A stretch of 40,810 bases of DNA. It comes from Candidatus Micrarchaeia archaeon. Lineage in GTDB: Archaea > Micrarchaeota > Micrarchaeia > Anstonellales > Anstonellaceae. The notes beneath the pieces are model-generated. The model was not told the DNA's origin. It searched no databases and was given only the letters and a program-made list of their open reading frames with translations. This document shows, in pieces, positions 32,911-40,562 of this stretch (position 1 is the stretch's first letter; every line of letters begins with the position of its first letter). Location: assembly GCA_041662045.1 (NCBI GenBank), contig JBAZTI010000001.1:41111-81920 (forward strand). The letters are read 5' to 3'. A program made the translations under genes and the position numbers.

Positions 32911-33258
32911 ATGTGGATTCGAGGTGAAGCGGTGGGAAAAAATGATGAAGCCAAAATAACCATCTGCACGGCGCCGCCAGGGCTATATGCCGTGATTAAG
33001 AACATGGAAAGGCCGGAAGACTCGGACGTGCTGCATACCATGCAGGTTGTGACTGCTTTCAAATACACGTACCAGGGGGATGGCGCAGGGGGGATTTTTT
33101 CCGAGCCATTAGTCTATTGCGAAAGTAAAAATGCAAACGCGCTCATTGATGGCAAGTCAAAAATCGAATTCGTCGGCTCGTTTGAAAATTGCGTTTTGAG
33201 GATAAAGGAGCTGATTTCGGCTTATTACGCTGTGAAAAATAAGAAGAACGGCGTGTGA
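32911..33258 (+). CDS. hypothetical cytoplasmic protein (115 aa)
   Basis: ATG at 32911, in frame within tracked ORF 32779..33258. Last gene of the plus-strand operon. Confidence 0.45.
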   Translation: MWIRGEAVGKNDEAKITICTAPPGLYAVIKNMERPEDSDVLHTMQVVTAFKYTYQGDGAGGIFSEPLVYCESKNANALIDGKSKIEFVGSFENCVLRIKELISAYYAVKNKKNGV

Positions 33259-33308
33259 AAGGAAAAAATAAAGAAAAAGAAGAGAAAAAAACAAAGGAAA
33301 AAAGAAAC
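33259..33308 (-). terminator. T/C-rich multi-oligo-T terminator region for hppA
   Basis: The plus strand reads AAGGAAAAAATAAAGAAAAAGAAGAGAAAAAAACAAAGGAAAAAAG. The minus strand carries several T5-T7 runs directly after the hppA stop. Confidence 0.5.
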
Positions 33309-35342
33309 TCAAATAGCCCCTACCTGCTTGCCTGCGATTATCGCCGCGACAAGCAAGGAGACGATGTTGAGTATCTTTATCATTGGATTGAGCGCGGGGC
33401 CAGATGTGTCCTTGAACGGGTCGCCCACAGTGTCGCCCACCACCGCAGCCTTGTGCGCGTCTGAGCCTTTCCCGCCGAAGTGGCCTTCCTCTATGTACTT
33501 CTTGGCGTTGTCCCATGCCCCGCCCGCGTTTGACATGAATATTGCCATGAGCTGGGAGACCAGTATGGCGCCGGCAAGGAAGCCGCCCAGCGCCTCAAGC
33601 CCGAGCGTGAAGCCAAGCACTATGGGGGTGAGCACCACGAGCGCCGCTGGCAAGTAAAGCGAGTCTATTGCCGCCTTGGTGGAGATGTCCACGCATGCTG
33701 CATAGTCGGGGTCGATTGTGCCTTTCATGATGCGCGGGTCGCGGAACTGCCTGCGCACCTCCTCCACCACAAGGTTTGCCGCCTTGCCCACAGCTTTCAT
33801 GGTGAGCGAGGAGAAGATGAAGGGAAGCGCGCCGCCTATGAGGAGCCCTATGAAGACATTGGGCAGCGCGACGTTTATCGCTGTGAGCCCGGTGGTCTCA
33901 AAATAGGTGGAAAAGAGCGCCACCGCAGCGATTGCCGCGGATGAGATGGCAAACCCCTTGGTGACTGCCTTGGTGGTATTCCCGACCGCGTCGAGCTTGT
34001 CCATCCGCTTCCTGCCTTTGGGCGAAAGCCCGGACATCTCGCCGATTCCGTTTGCGTTGTCCGATATCGGCCCGAAGGTGTCCATTGCCATTATCATGGC
34101 CGTGGTGGAAAGCATGCCCAGCCCCACAAGCGCAATCCCGAAATAGCCAAGGCCGAATGCATAGTAGCCCACCCCTATAGAGGCGGCTACCACAAGGATG
34201 CCTGCCACGGCGGATTCCATGCCCACCCCCAGCCCGGAAATCAGGTTGGTGCCTGCGCCGGATTTTGCCGCTGCTGCAATCTCCTGCACCGGCTTGTGCT
34301 TTGTTGAAGTATAGTAGTCGGTCAGGTTCATTATCACATGCGTGGCGAAAAGCCCGGTAAGCAGGGCGAAGAAAGGCTCGCTGCTCCCGAGCATGAACAC
34401 CGAGAGCGCGGCAAATGCGATTGCCTGCAGCACCGTTGAGTAGAGGAAGCCCCGCTTCATCGCCTCAAATGGGTATTCGCCCTCGTTTTTGACGCGGACG
34501 AAAACGCTTGACGCAAGGGCGAGCAGCATTCCGATGCCTGCCACGAAAAGCGGGAAAAGCGCGCCGTTTATCCCAAGGGCGAAACCGAGCACCATGGTGG
34601 ATATGATTGTCACGGTGTAGGACTCGAACACGTCTGCGCCCATGCCTGCGCAGTCGCCCACATTGTCGCCCACGTTGTCTGCGATGGTCGCGGGGTTGCG
34701 CGGGTCGTCCTCAGGGATGCCCTTTTCAACCTTGCCAACCAGGTCGGCGCCCACATCCGCCGCCTTGGTGTAGATGCCTCCACCCACCCTCATGAAAAGC
34801 GCCAGGAGGTTGGCGCCGAACCCAAAGCCGATGAGCGCCTGCCCTGCCTGGGCAAGCGCTGCGTCATTTGCCCCAAGCGAGAGGTATGCGCCTATGAAAA
34901 CAACCGCAACGCCCAGGAGCCCGACGCCTGACACGAGCGAGCCCGACACCACGCCTGCGGAGAACGGGACGGAAAGCGCGTCCTGCATTGAGGAAAGCGA
35001 CGCCTGCGCAGCGCGCGCGTTTGAGCGCACTGACAGGTACATGCCGAAGTAGCCCACTAGCCCGGAGCATGCCGCGCCCACCACAAAGGCGGACGCCACC
35101 AGGGCTCCCAGCGCAAGATAGACCACAATGGTGAGGATGACTGCGAATATTGCAATGGTGCGGAACTGGCGCGACAGGTAGGCGTCCGCGCCCTCGCGGA
35201 TTGCCTTGGAAATTTTCTTCATCCTGTCCGTGCCCTCACTTTTCCTGAAGATGGAGAGCGCAACCATGATGCCGTATGCTATTCCAACCACTGCAAGCGC
35301 AACCGGGAGGTAAAGCGCAAAGCCCGGCAGTGTTCCTGACAT
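33309..35342 (-). CDS. hppA: membrane-bound proton/sodium-translocating pyrophosphatase
   Basis: GGIYTKAADVGADLVGK, DNVGDNVGDCAGMGADVFES and GDTVGDPFKDTSGPALN motifs. ATG at 35342, with GAGGTGAT about 9 nt upstream. Confidence 0.93.
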   Translation of the reverse strand: MSGTLPGFALYLPVALAVVGIAYGIMVALSIFRKSEGTDRMKKISKAIREGADAYLSRQFRTIAIFAVILTIVVYLALGALVASAFVVGAACSGLVGYFGMYLSVRSNARAAQASLSSMQDALSVPFSAGVVSGSLVSGVGLLGVAVVFIGAYLSLGANDAALAQAGQALIGFGFGANLLALFMRVGGGIYTKAADVGADLVGKVEKGIPEDDPRNPATIADNVGDNVGDCAGMGADVFESYTVTIISTMVLGFALGINGALFPLFVAGIGMLLALASSVFVRVKNEGEYPFEAMKRGFLYSTVLQAIAFAALSVFMLGSSEPFFALLTGLFATHVIMNLTDYYTSTKHKPVQEIAAAAKSGAGTNLISGLGVGMESAVAGILVVAASIGVGYYAFGLGYFGIALVGLGMLSTTAMIMAMDTFGPISDNANGIGEMSGLSPKGRKRMDKLDAVGNTTKAVTKGFAISSAAIAAVALFSTYFETTGLTAINVALPNVFIGLLIGGALPFIFSSLTMKAVGKAANLVVEEVRRQFRDPRIMKGTIDPDYAACVDISTKAAIDSLYLPAALVVLTPIVLGFTLGLEALGGFLAGAILVSQLMAIFMSNAGGAWDNAKKYIEEGHFGGKGSDAHKAAVVGDTVGDPFKDTSGPALNPMIKILNIVSLLVAAIIAGKQVGAI

Positions 35343-35372
35343 CACCAAATTATCACCTCAAATTCCCTGGGC

Positions 35373-35771
35373 TCAAACGTAATCCAGCTTGGATTTGCCC
35401 TTGACCGCGATCACCGGCACTCCCAGCGCCAGCAGCCGCCTGCGCAACGCCACGTCGTTGGTGGCAACGCAGGAATGGTTTTTCTGCGCGTATTTAAAAA
35501 TCCAATCGTCGGCGCGGGCAGGGAACCCTTTCTCTTCCGCCACCGTTACGGGGAAAAGCGTTTTTATGCGCGGGAGGCTCTGGAGGGCGAACCGCGCGGC
35601 GGCTGCGCGCTTGCCGGTCCTGCCGGCGATTGCATCAAGCTCGGCCATCACGGCAGAAGGGATGACGAGCATGAATGGCCCTGAGGCGATGCGCATAAGC
35701 TCGCCAGGCATGTCGAATGCGTATTCGAACTGCGAAAGGAGCATGTTGGTGTCGATGAGGATTTTTTGCAT
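35373..35771 (-). CDS. PIN-domain nuclease, Fcf1/Utp24-like
   Basis: ATG at 35771. ILIDTN..., AVMAELD, and CVATNDVALRRRLLALGVPVIAV resemble the Fcf1-type PIN. Confidence 0.7.
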   Translation of the reverse strand: MQKILIDTNMLLSQFEYAFDMPGELMRIASGPFMLVIPSAVMAELDAIAGRTGKRAAAARFALQSLPRIKTLFPVTVAEEKGFPARADDWIFKYAQKNHSCVATNDVALRRRLLALGVPVIAVKGKSKLDYV

Positions 35772-35792
35772 GCCATGGATTTGGCTGCAAGG

Positions 35793-35799
35793 TTTTAAA
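35793..35799. promoter_or_regulatory. central TATA-like box in the PIN/aTrm56 divergent spacer
   Basis: TTTTAAA is centred at the midpoint between ATGs at 35771 (minus) and 35822 (plus). Confidence 0.45.
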
Positions 35800-35821
35800 G
35801 CGCAAGGATGGAGAACCTTCC

Positions 35822-36352
35822 ATGGCGGAAGTTTGCATTTTGAGGCTTGGCCACCGCACAATGCGGGACCAGAGGATAACCACCCATGTTTTCCTGGTGG
35901 CGCGTGCGCTTGGCGCAACTGAGGGCGTCCTGTCGGGCGATTGGGATGAGTCGGTGCTGAATGGAATCGCGCGGGTCTCCGATATATGGGGCGGGAATTT
36001 CAAGGTAAGGCACGAGCAGAATTGGAAAAGGTTCCTGATGGAGAGGAAGCGGGATGGTTGGAAGGTGGCGCACCTCACAATGTACGGCGAGGACTTCAGG
36101 GCGGCGGCAAAAAAGCTCTCCGTGAAAAAATGCGTAGTTGTTGTGGGCGCGGGGAAGGTGCCCCGGGAGGCGTACGAGCTTGCAGACTTCAACCTTTCAG
36201 TCACCACGCAGCCGCATTCCGAAGTCGGCGCTCTGGCGCTTTTCCTGGACAGGTATTTCACAGGCAAGGAGCTGGGAAAGGAGTTTTCTGGCAGGCTCAA
36301 AATAGTGCCAAATTCGTGTGGAAAGGTTGTGCTTCGTGGTGAAAGCGACTGA
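35822..36352 (+). CDS. tRNA (cytidine56-2'-O)-methyltransferase aTrm56 (SPOUT)
   Basis: ILRLGHRTMRDQRITTHVFLVARALGA N-terminus and about 176 aa, typical of aTrm56. Confidence 0.8.
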   Translation: MAEVCILRLGHRTMRDQRITTHVFLVARALGATEGVLSGDWDESVLNGIARVSDIWGGNFKVRHEQNWKRFLMERKRDGWKVAHLTMYGEDFRAAAKKLSVKKCVVVVGAGKVPREAYELADFNLSVTTQPHSEVGALALFLDRYFTGKELGKEFSGRLKIVPNSCGKVVLRGESD

Positions 36353-36524
36353 AGGGATATATAAAGGGTGGGTCAGAAAAACAATGTGATTTTGGATGCC
36401 TACTCCGAACAGTAAATTCAAAATCGGAAGGAAAGCCAGTCCTGCTTCTTATCGCCCTTCAAAAAACAACAAAGCAACCCACACATTTTCAAAAAACAAG
36501 GCCGCAAGGCACGCAAGGAAGACA

Positions 36525-37025
36525 ATGAATGCGGACATTGTGGTCAAGAGGAACAGCTACTCGAAGGCTGTAAGGGCCGCAGTGCTCGTGGATGCGGCCG
36601 CGCGCCAGAGGCTTATTGAGATGGGCGGCGAGAACACGATAGATGTGATCCGCGAGTTCAATAATGACATGAGCGATGACGAGCTGGCGAAGAAGACCGG
36701 TATAAAGCCGAGTGAGGTCAGGGTGGTCCTGAACAGGCTGCACAATAGGGGGGTTTTCGCCTACACGCGTGTGAGGGACAAGGACAGCGGCTGGTACTCA
36801 TATATTTGGAAGATGGATGAGAAGCGGCTCCGCGAGGTCGGCAGCGCAAATATGAAGGGGGAAGCAACGCAAAGCACTGGCAAGGAAGGTTATAGGTGCT
36901 CAAGCTGCAACCCGCAAAAAATTGTGGATTTCCCAGATGCTGTGGACGCCCGGTTCCGCTGCGGCAACTGCGGCAGCTGCCTGGAATATGTTGATTCCAG
37001 GCGCGGCAAGGCAGGGAGCCTGTAG
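36525..37025 (+). CDS. tfe: transcription factor E (TFE alpha: winged helix plus Zn ribbon)
   Basis: DDELAKKTGIKPSEVRVVLNRLHNRGV...SGWYSYIW wHTH, and CSSC...CGNC zinc ribbon. An alternative start at 36396 adds a 43-aa basic extension. Confidence 0.8.
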   Translation: MNADIVVKRNSYSKAVRAAVLVDAAARQRLIEMGGENTIDVIREFNNDMSDDELAKKTGIKPSEVRVVLNRLHNRGVFAYTRVRDKDSGWYSYIWKMDEKRLREVGSANMKGEATQSTGKEGYRCSSCNPQKIVDFPDAVDARFRCGNCGSCLEYVDSRRGKAGSL

Positions 37026-37062
37026 TTTGCCGTTTTCTTCTTTCAAGGGGTGTTGCCAAGCT

Positions 37063-37070
37063 TTTTAATT
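37063..37070 (+). promoter_or_regulatory. TATA box for initiator tRNA
   Basis: TTTTTAAT is centred about 27 nt upstream of the tRNA 5' end. Confidence 0.45.
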
Positions 37071-37093
37071 ACCTCATCTCTAATACGCCTTGT

Positions 37094-37168
37094 AGCGGGA
37101 TAGGGTAGTTTGGAGTGCCCGCTGGGCTCATAACCCAGAGATCAGTGGTTCAAATCCACTTCCCGCTA
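37094..37168 (+). tRNA. initiator tRNA-Met (CAU)
   Basis: AGCGGGA...TCCCGCT-A with an A1:U72 pair. Anticodon stem CTGGG/CCCAG with three G:C pairs, loop CTCATAA. T arm AGTGG TTCAAAT CCACT. No encoded CCA. Confidence 0.88.
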
Positions 37169-37331
37169 TTTCATCCTGTTTCAGCGCTTGTTGTTTGAAG
37201 GATTTTTTACATTCTACTGGTTTTGTTTTTTGTTCTTGCTCCGCTCCTCTTTGGCTTGCCTGCAGCCCACCACCCCCACCAGACCTCCACACTTCCACTA
37301 TTGATGAATGATATTGTTGTTTGTATTGTTA

Positions 37332-37347
37332 TGTAACTATAGTTACA
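37332..37347. repeat. 16-bp perfect palindrome TGTAACTATAGTTACA at the centre of a larger imperfect inverted repeat
   Basis: All 8 pairs checked by hand. Flanked on the left by TTGTT-type repeats and on the right by AACAA-type repeats. Confidence 0.7.
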
Positions 37348-37494
37348 ATAAACAACAACAAACATCATAAACAACAAAAAACACAGGATAAAAATTCAAA
37401 AACCCCACCCATTATTACCGGAACCCTGGGGGTGGGCGGCCGCCTGCCGGGGCAGGGAGCTGCGCTATGGCAGGCAACAAACAAGAAAAACAAC

Positions 37495-37764
37495 TCAGGC
37501 ATCCAAACCAGCTGACGAGGCGGCGCCCTTTGTCACAACCACCACATCTTCAACTGACTTGACTGACTTGTAAAGCACGCTCTTGTCCCGCAGTATCCTT
37601 TTTGCCTCCTCCTTTGAAACCGAGTTGAGGGGCTCCATTGTCAGGCGGATGATTTCCCCCTTTTCCAAGTCCAGGAGAATCTCCTGCACGCGGCCGAGGA
37701 ACTTGCCTCCATCAGTGTAAATATCCATTCCATAGATTTTCGAGACTTTTGTTGTCATTAACAT
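37495..37764 (-). CDS. PRC-barrel domain protein
   Basis: KVSKIYGMDIYTDGGKFLGRVQEILLDLEKGEI is typical of PRC barrels. Possible starts: GTG 37767, ATG 37764, ATG 37758. Confidence 0.7.
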   Translation of the reverse strand: MLMTTKVSKIYGMDIYTDGGKFLGRVQEILLDLEKGEIIRLTMEPLNSVSKEEAKRILRDKSVLYKSVKSVEDVVVVTKGAASSAGLDA

Positions 37765-37816
37765 CACCTTGGGTCTGCCCTGGCGTTTCTTCTCGGTTCC
37801 AATTTAAAAATCTTCC

Positions 37817-38821
37817 TTATCTTTCGCGCTTTGTTATATACGCAGCGAGCTGCGCGAGGAAACGCCTGGCTTCGCTTTCCGGCAGGCACGCAAGCTCGGA
37901 TAGCGCCGAATCCACCCTTGCCTGCGCGTAGCGCATGGCCTTTTCCGGGGCGCCAGACTCTATGAGGAGGGATAGCGCCTCCTTCACCTCTGCGCCGCTC
38001 TTGCCGTTTTTCCTGAGTATGCCTGCGAGGCGCTTCCTCTTCCCCCCCTCAAGCTCCCTAAGCGCCCACATGGTGACCAGGGTTCGCTTCCCCTCGCTGA
38101 TGTCGCCGCCAATCTCCTTCCTGTACTTTTTCTCATCCCCGATGATGTTGAGGACGTCGTCGATTATCTGGAAGCTGATGCCTATCCCGGCGCCGAAGCG
38201 GGACATCGCGCCGCAGGTTTTCGCATCCGCGCCTCCAAGAAGCGCGCCCACCTCGCAGGATGCCGCGATGAGCGCGCCTGTCTTGCCGCCCACCATCCTC
38301 AGGTACTCCTCCTCTGTAACATCCCATTTCCCGCTCCCGTGCCATCCAAGCTCAAGCGCCTGGCCCTCCAGCACCTTTGTAAAGGCGGAAAGGAGCATCT
38401 CCTGCGCCTCCTCCCGCCTGGGGCCGCGTATGGCCAGCGCCTCCCGCCACACCATCATGAACAGCCCGTCGCCGGCATTGAGCGCAAGCGGCACTCCATA
38501 TTTCACGTGCATGCACGGCCTGCCCCTCCGCATTTCTGAGCAATCCTCAATGTCGTCGTGGATTAGGGTGAAGTTATGGAACATCTCAATGGCGGCAGCG
38601 GCCTCGATGGCGCGCCCCCTCTCCCCCCCCGCCGCTTCGCAGGAAAGCAGGCAAAGCGCAGGGCGTATCCCCTTGCCTTCCACAAGCAGGAATTCCGACA
38701 GGAGCCCGTAGACAGACGCCGGCTCGCGCTTCCTTGCGAATATCTCCTTGAGCCTGCCCTGCACCGGCACGTTCAATGCCGCAAGCCTTGCCTCAAGCCC
38801 GGCAGTTTCACCCTTTGCCAT
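37817..38821 (-). CDS. idsA: polyprenyl (geranylgeranyl) diphosphate synthase
   Basis: ATG at 38821. First Asp-rich motif LIHDDIED and second IIDDVLN. The tracked 401-aa ORF runs over tRNA-Lys and is trimmed. Confidence 0.85.
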   Translation of the reverse strand: MAKGETAGLEARLAALNVPVQGRLKEIFARKREPASVYGLLSEFLLVEGKGIRPALCLLSCEAAGGERGRAIEAAAAIEMFHNFTLIHDDIEDCSEMRRGRPCMHVKYGVPLALNAGDGLFMMVWREALAIRGPRREEAQEMLLSAFTKVLEGQALELGWHGSGKWDVTEEEYLRMVGGKTGALIAASCEVGALLGGADAKTCGAMSRFGAGIGISFQIIDDVLNIIGDEKKYRKEIGGDISEGKRTLVTMWALRELEGGKRKRLAGILRKNGKSGAEVKEALSLLIESGAPEKAMRYAQARVDSALSELACLPESEARRFLAQLAAYITKRER

Positions 38822-38850
38822 CCAAATCACGCCCAACATGGGCAAAGAAC

Positions 38851-38858
38851 TTTTATAT
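38851..38858. promoter_or_regulatory. TATA-like box shared by divergent idsA and tRNA-Lys
   Basis: TTTTATAT is centred about 30 nt from the tRNA 5' end (38885) and about 33 nt from the idsA ATG (38821). Confidence 0.45.
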
Positions 38859-38884
38859 CCTTCCACTCCTAAAGCCTCGATTGG

Positions 38885-38981
38885 GGGCCCATAGCTCAGC
38901 TTGGTAGAGCAGTGGACTCTTATGCACGCAAAAGCGCGCAGAGCCATCCACGTGTCGTGGGTTCGAATCCCACTGGGCCCG
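38885..38981 (+). tRNA. tRNA-Lys (CUU) with a 23-nt intron at the canonical 37/38 position
   Basis: GGGCCCA TA GCTC AGCTTGGTA GAGC A GTGGA CTCTTA [38923-38945] A TCCAC GTGTC GTGGG TTCGAAT CCCAC TGGGCCC G. BHB motif: 4-bp helix CUCU/AGAG flanked by 3-nt bulges UAU and CCA. Confidence 0.88.
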
Positions 38982-39002
38982 CTCCATTCGCCCCTGCCTG
39001 CC

Positions 39003-40496
39003 TCACGGCCCCCCCGTCGCATTCTGGGCCGTTGAGTTGTTTGGTATGAGGCTGCGTATGTACTCCTTCAGTATCTCCTCCTCCACGCCGCCCACGCACG
39101 AGTAATAAGTCTCGTTTTTCGCAAATCCGCAATAGCCGTCCATGCAGCCGCAGGGCACTCCGGCAAGGCACGCGTAAATCGGGCTGCTGTCGCTGGCAAA
39201 CTGGCTGGTGGAATTTTTCGGGGCGCAATACTGCAATGCATTCCCAAACGCCTTGCAATCCGCGTCTGCCGCGCAGTTCCTGCCTGCGTATTCCTTCGCC
39301 GCAACGGCGGCAGCCTCATCCGCCTTCCTCTTCCCATCCGCTGCGGCCTGCGCGCAGTTTGGTGCAAGGCTGCTGTTCTTCAGGTTCCTGCAAAGCTCCG
39401 CGTTGCCGGTCTCCCCGACCACCGAGATGTAGCACTCGTCCGAAAGCGCCTCCAAGCTCCCGCAAATCGCGTGGTTCTTGGTGATCTGCGCGACTATGAG
39501 GCTGCAGCTTTCGTAAATCTGCCTGCTGCTTATTGCCTTGCAGGCTTCCCAGCTCCTCTTTTCAACCGCATTGTTCCTGAAGCAAAGGTCGCGGTCATCC
39601 CCGGAAAGCGAAAGGCACGCCTCCCTCCTGGCATAATCCTCCTGCGATTGGGTGTAGAACTCCACAAAGGCGCCTGCGCCTACCCGCGTCATGTTCCTTC
39701 CCGGGAGCTTCACATCCCCGATGGAAAGTTCCGTGTACTCCCTCTCGTACACGCCCAGCCCGTTGGCTTCCTTCATGAGGATTTTCGCGACCAACCCGGT
39801 TTTCCTGTCTATCCAGAACGTGACGTCCCTCACAATGCTCAGTGCCGCGTCGCTTGGCGAAAAGCCGAGGGAAACCAGCTGCTGCACGGTGAGGTTGCGG
39901 TAGTCCAGGGTGTAGGATATCTTCTGCGTGTCAAACGCCCCGACCTTCTCTTCAGAAATTCCGGGCGCCAGCCTGACTGCCCCAACTGCAATGAGCGCGC
40001 GCGTCCCATCCTTCCCGTCCTCATATGTGGTGCTGTTCAGCAGCCATATCCTGAGGCTGGAATCTATCTCGTTCATTTTCTCATCCGTTCCGGCCATTGC
40101 GCATTTTTCAACCCCGTCATATTCAAGGCATATTATGTCTGAAGTGCTGTTTGCGCTGAAAAAGCCCGCCATCCTGCTGGCGTCATCCTCTATGCTGACC
40201 CAGCCTTCGCCCCCTTTGCTGGCTATTGAATAGTTGGTCAAAGCGCCATTGTCGTTTTCCATGTATTTTATGGAATAGCCCTCCAACGCGGCTCCCTTGT
40301 CGAAGCTTGCAAGCAGCAGCCGCGCCTCGGGCGTGGCAAGCGGCAGCGTTTGGCTGGGCTGCGCCGGCTCCGCAGGCCCGAAAAAGCCGCTGTAAAATCC
40401 TATCGCGACAATCGCGGCAATTACCACCACGGCCGCAAAAACAATCACCTTTGGGCTCGCGCCGCCATTCCCACCCTCTGCATTTTCCTTTGCCAT
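39003..40496 (-). CDS. N-terminally anchored extracellular protein with a Cys-rich C-terminal half and many N-x-S/T sequons
   Basis: TM KVIVFAAVVVIAAIVAIGFY, about 24 Cys in the C-terminal 230 aa, and sequons NST, NLT, NMT, NSS, NET and NAT. SD GGGTGAGGAG upstream. Confidence 0.65.
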   Translation of the reverse strand: MAKENAEGGNGGASPKVIVFAAVVVIAAIVAIGFYSGFFGPAEPAQPSQTLPLATPEARLLLASFDKGAALEGYSIKYMENDNGALTNYSIASKGGEGWVSIEDDASRMAGFFSANSTSDIICLEYDGVEKCAMAGTDEKMNEIDSSLRIWLLNSTTYEDGKDGTRALIAVGAVRLAPGISEEKVGAFDTQKISYTLDYRNLTVQQLVSLGFSPSDAALSIVRDVTFWIDRKTGLVAKILMKEANGLGVYEREYTELSIGDVKLPGRNMTRVGAGAFVEFYTQSQEDYARREACLSLSGDDRDLCFRNNAVEKRSWEACKAISSRQIYESCSLIVAQITKNHAICGSLEALSDECYISVVGETGNAELCRNLKNSSLAPNCAQAAADGKRKADEAAAVAAKEYAGRNCAADADCKAFGNALQYCAPKNSTSQFASDSSPIYACLAGVPCGCMDGYCGFAKNETYYSCVGGVEEEILKEYIRSLIPNNSTAQNATGGP

Positions 40497-40562
40497 CTCC
40501 TCACCCTCTTCCCATTAAATCACGGTTGTATTTATATCCCATTCGCTTCTGTTCGGCGCCCG

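Noticed and set aside
33255-33464. 69-aa ORF starting MKGKNKEKEEKK
   Set aside because: It arises from the purine-rich terminator tract and then runs antisense into hppA. It is not a plausible gene.
37296-37345. C/D-box sRNA suggested by TTGATGAATGA
   Set aside because: There is a UGAUGA-like C box but no CUGA D box within the expected distance on either strand.
37094-37494. tRNA-iMet as an integration site (att) for the accessory island
   Set aside because: I spotted no second copy of the tRNA 3' half anywhere in the window. Core genes (hppA, PIN, aTrm56, TFE) separate the tRNA from the island. An exact repeat search is needed to be certain.
37169-37494. Confident call of a replication origin
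   Set aside because: There is no adjacent orc1/cdc6, I cannot define ORB-type repeats, and convergent terminators explain much of the asymmetry. It is kept only as a low-probability alternative in the findings.
37321-37515. 64-aa ORF in the AT-rich palindromic spacer
   Set aside because: It has a low-complexity Asn/Lys/Thr translation across the palindrome, no SD and an atypical composition.
38822-39022. Upstream extension of the GGPP synthase ORF (401-aa version)
   Set aside because: It reads straight through tRNA-Lys on the opposite strand. The polyprenyl synthase homology begins after the ATG at 38821.
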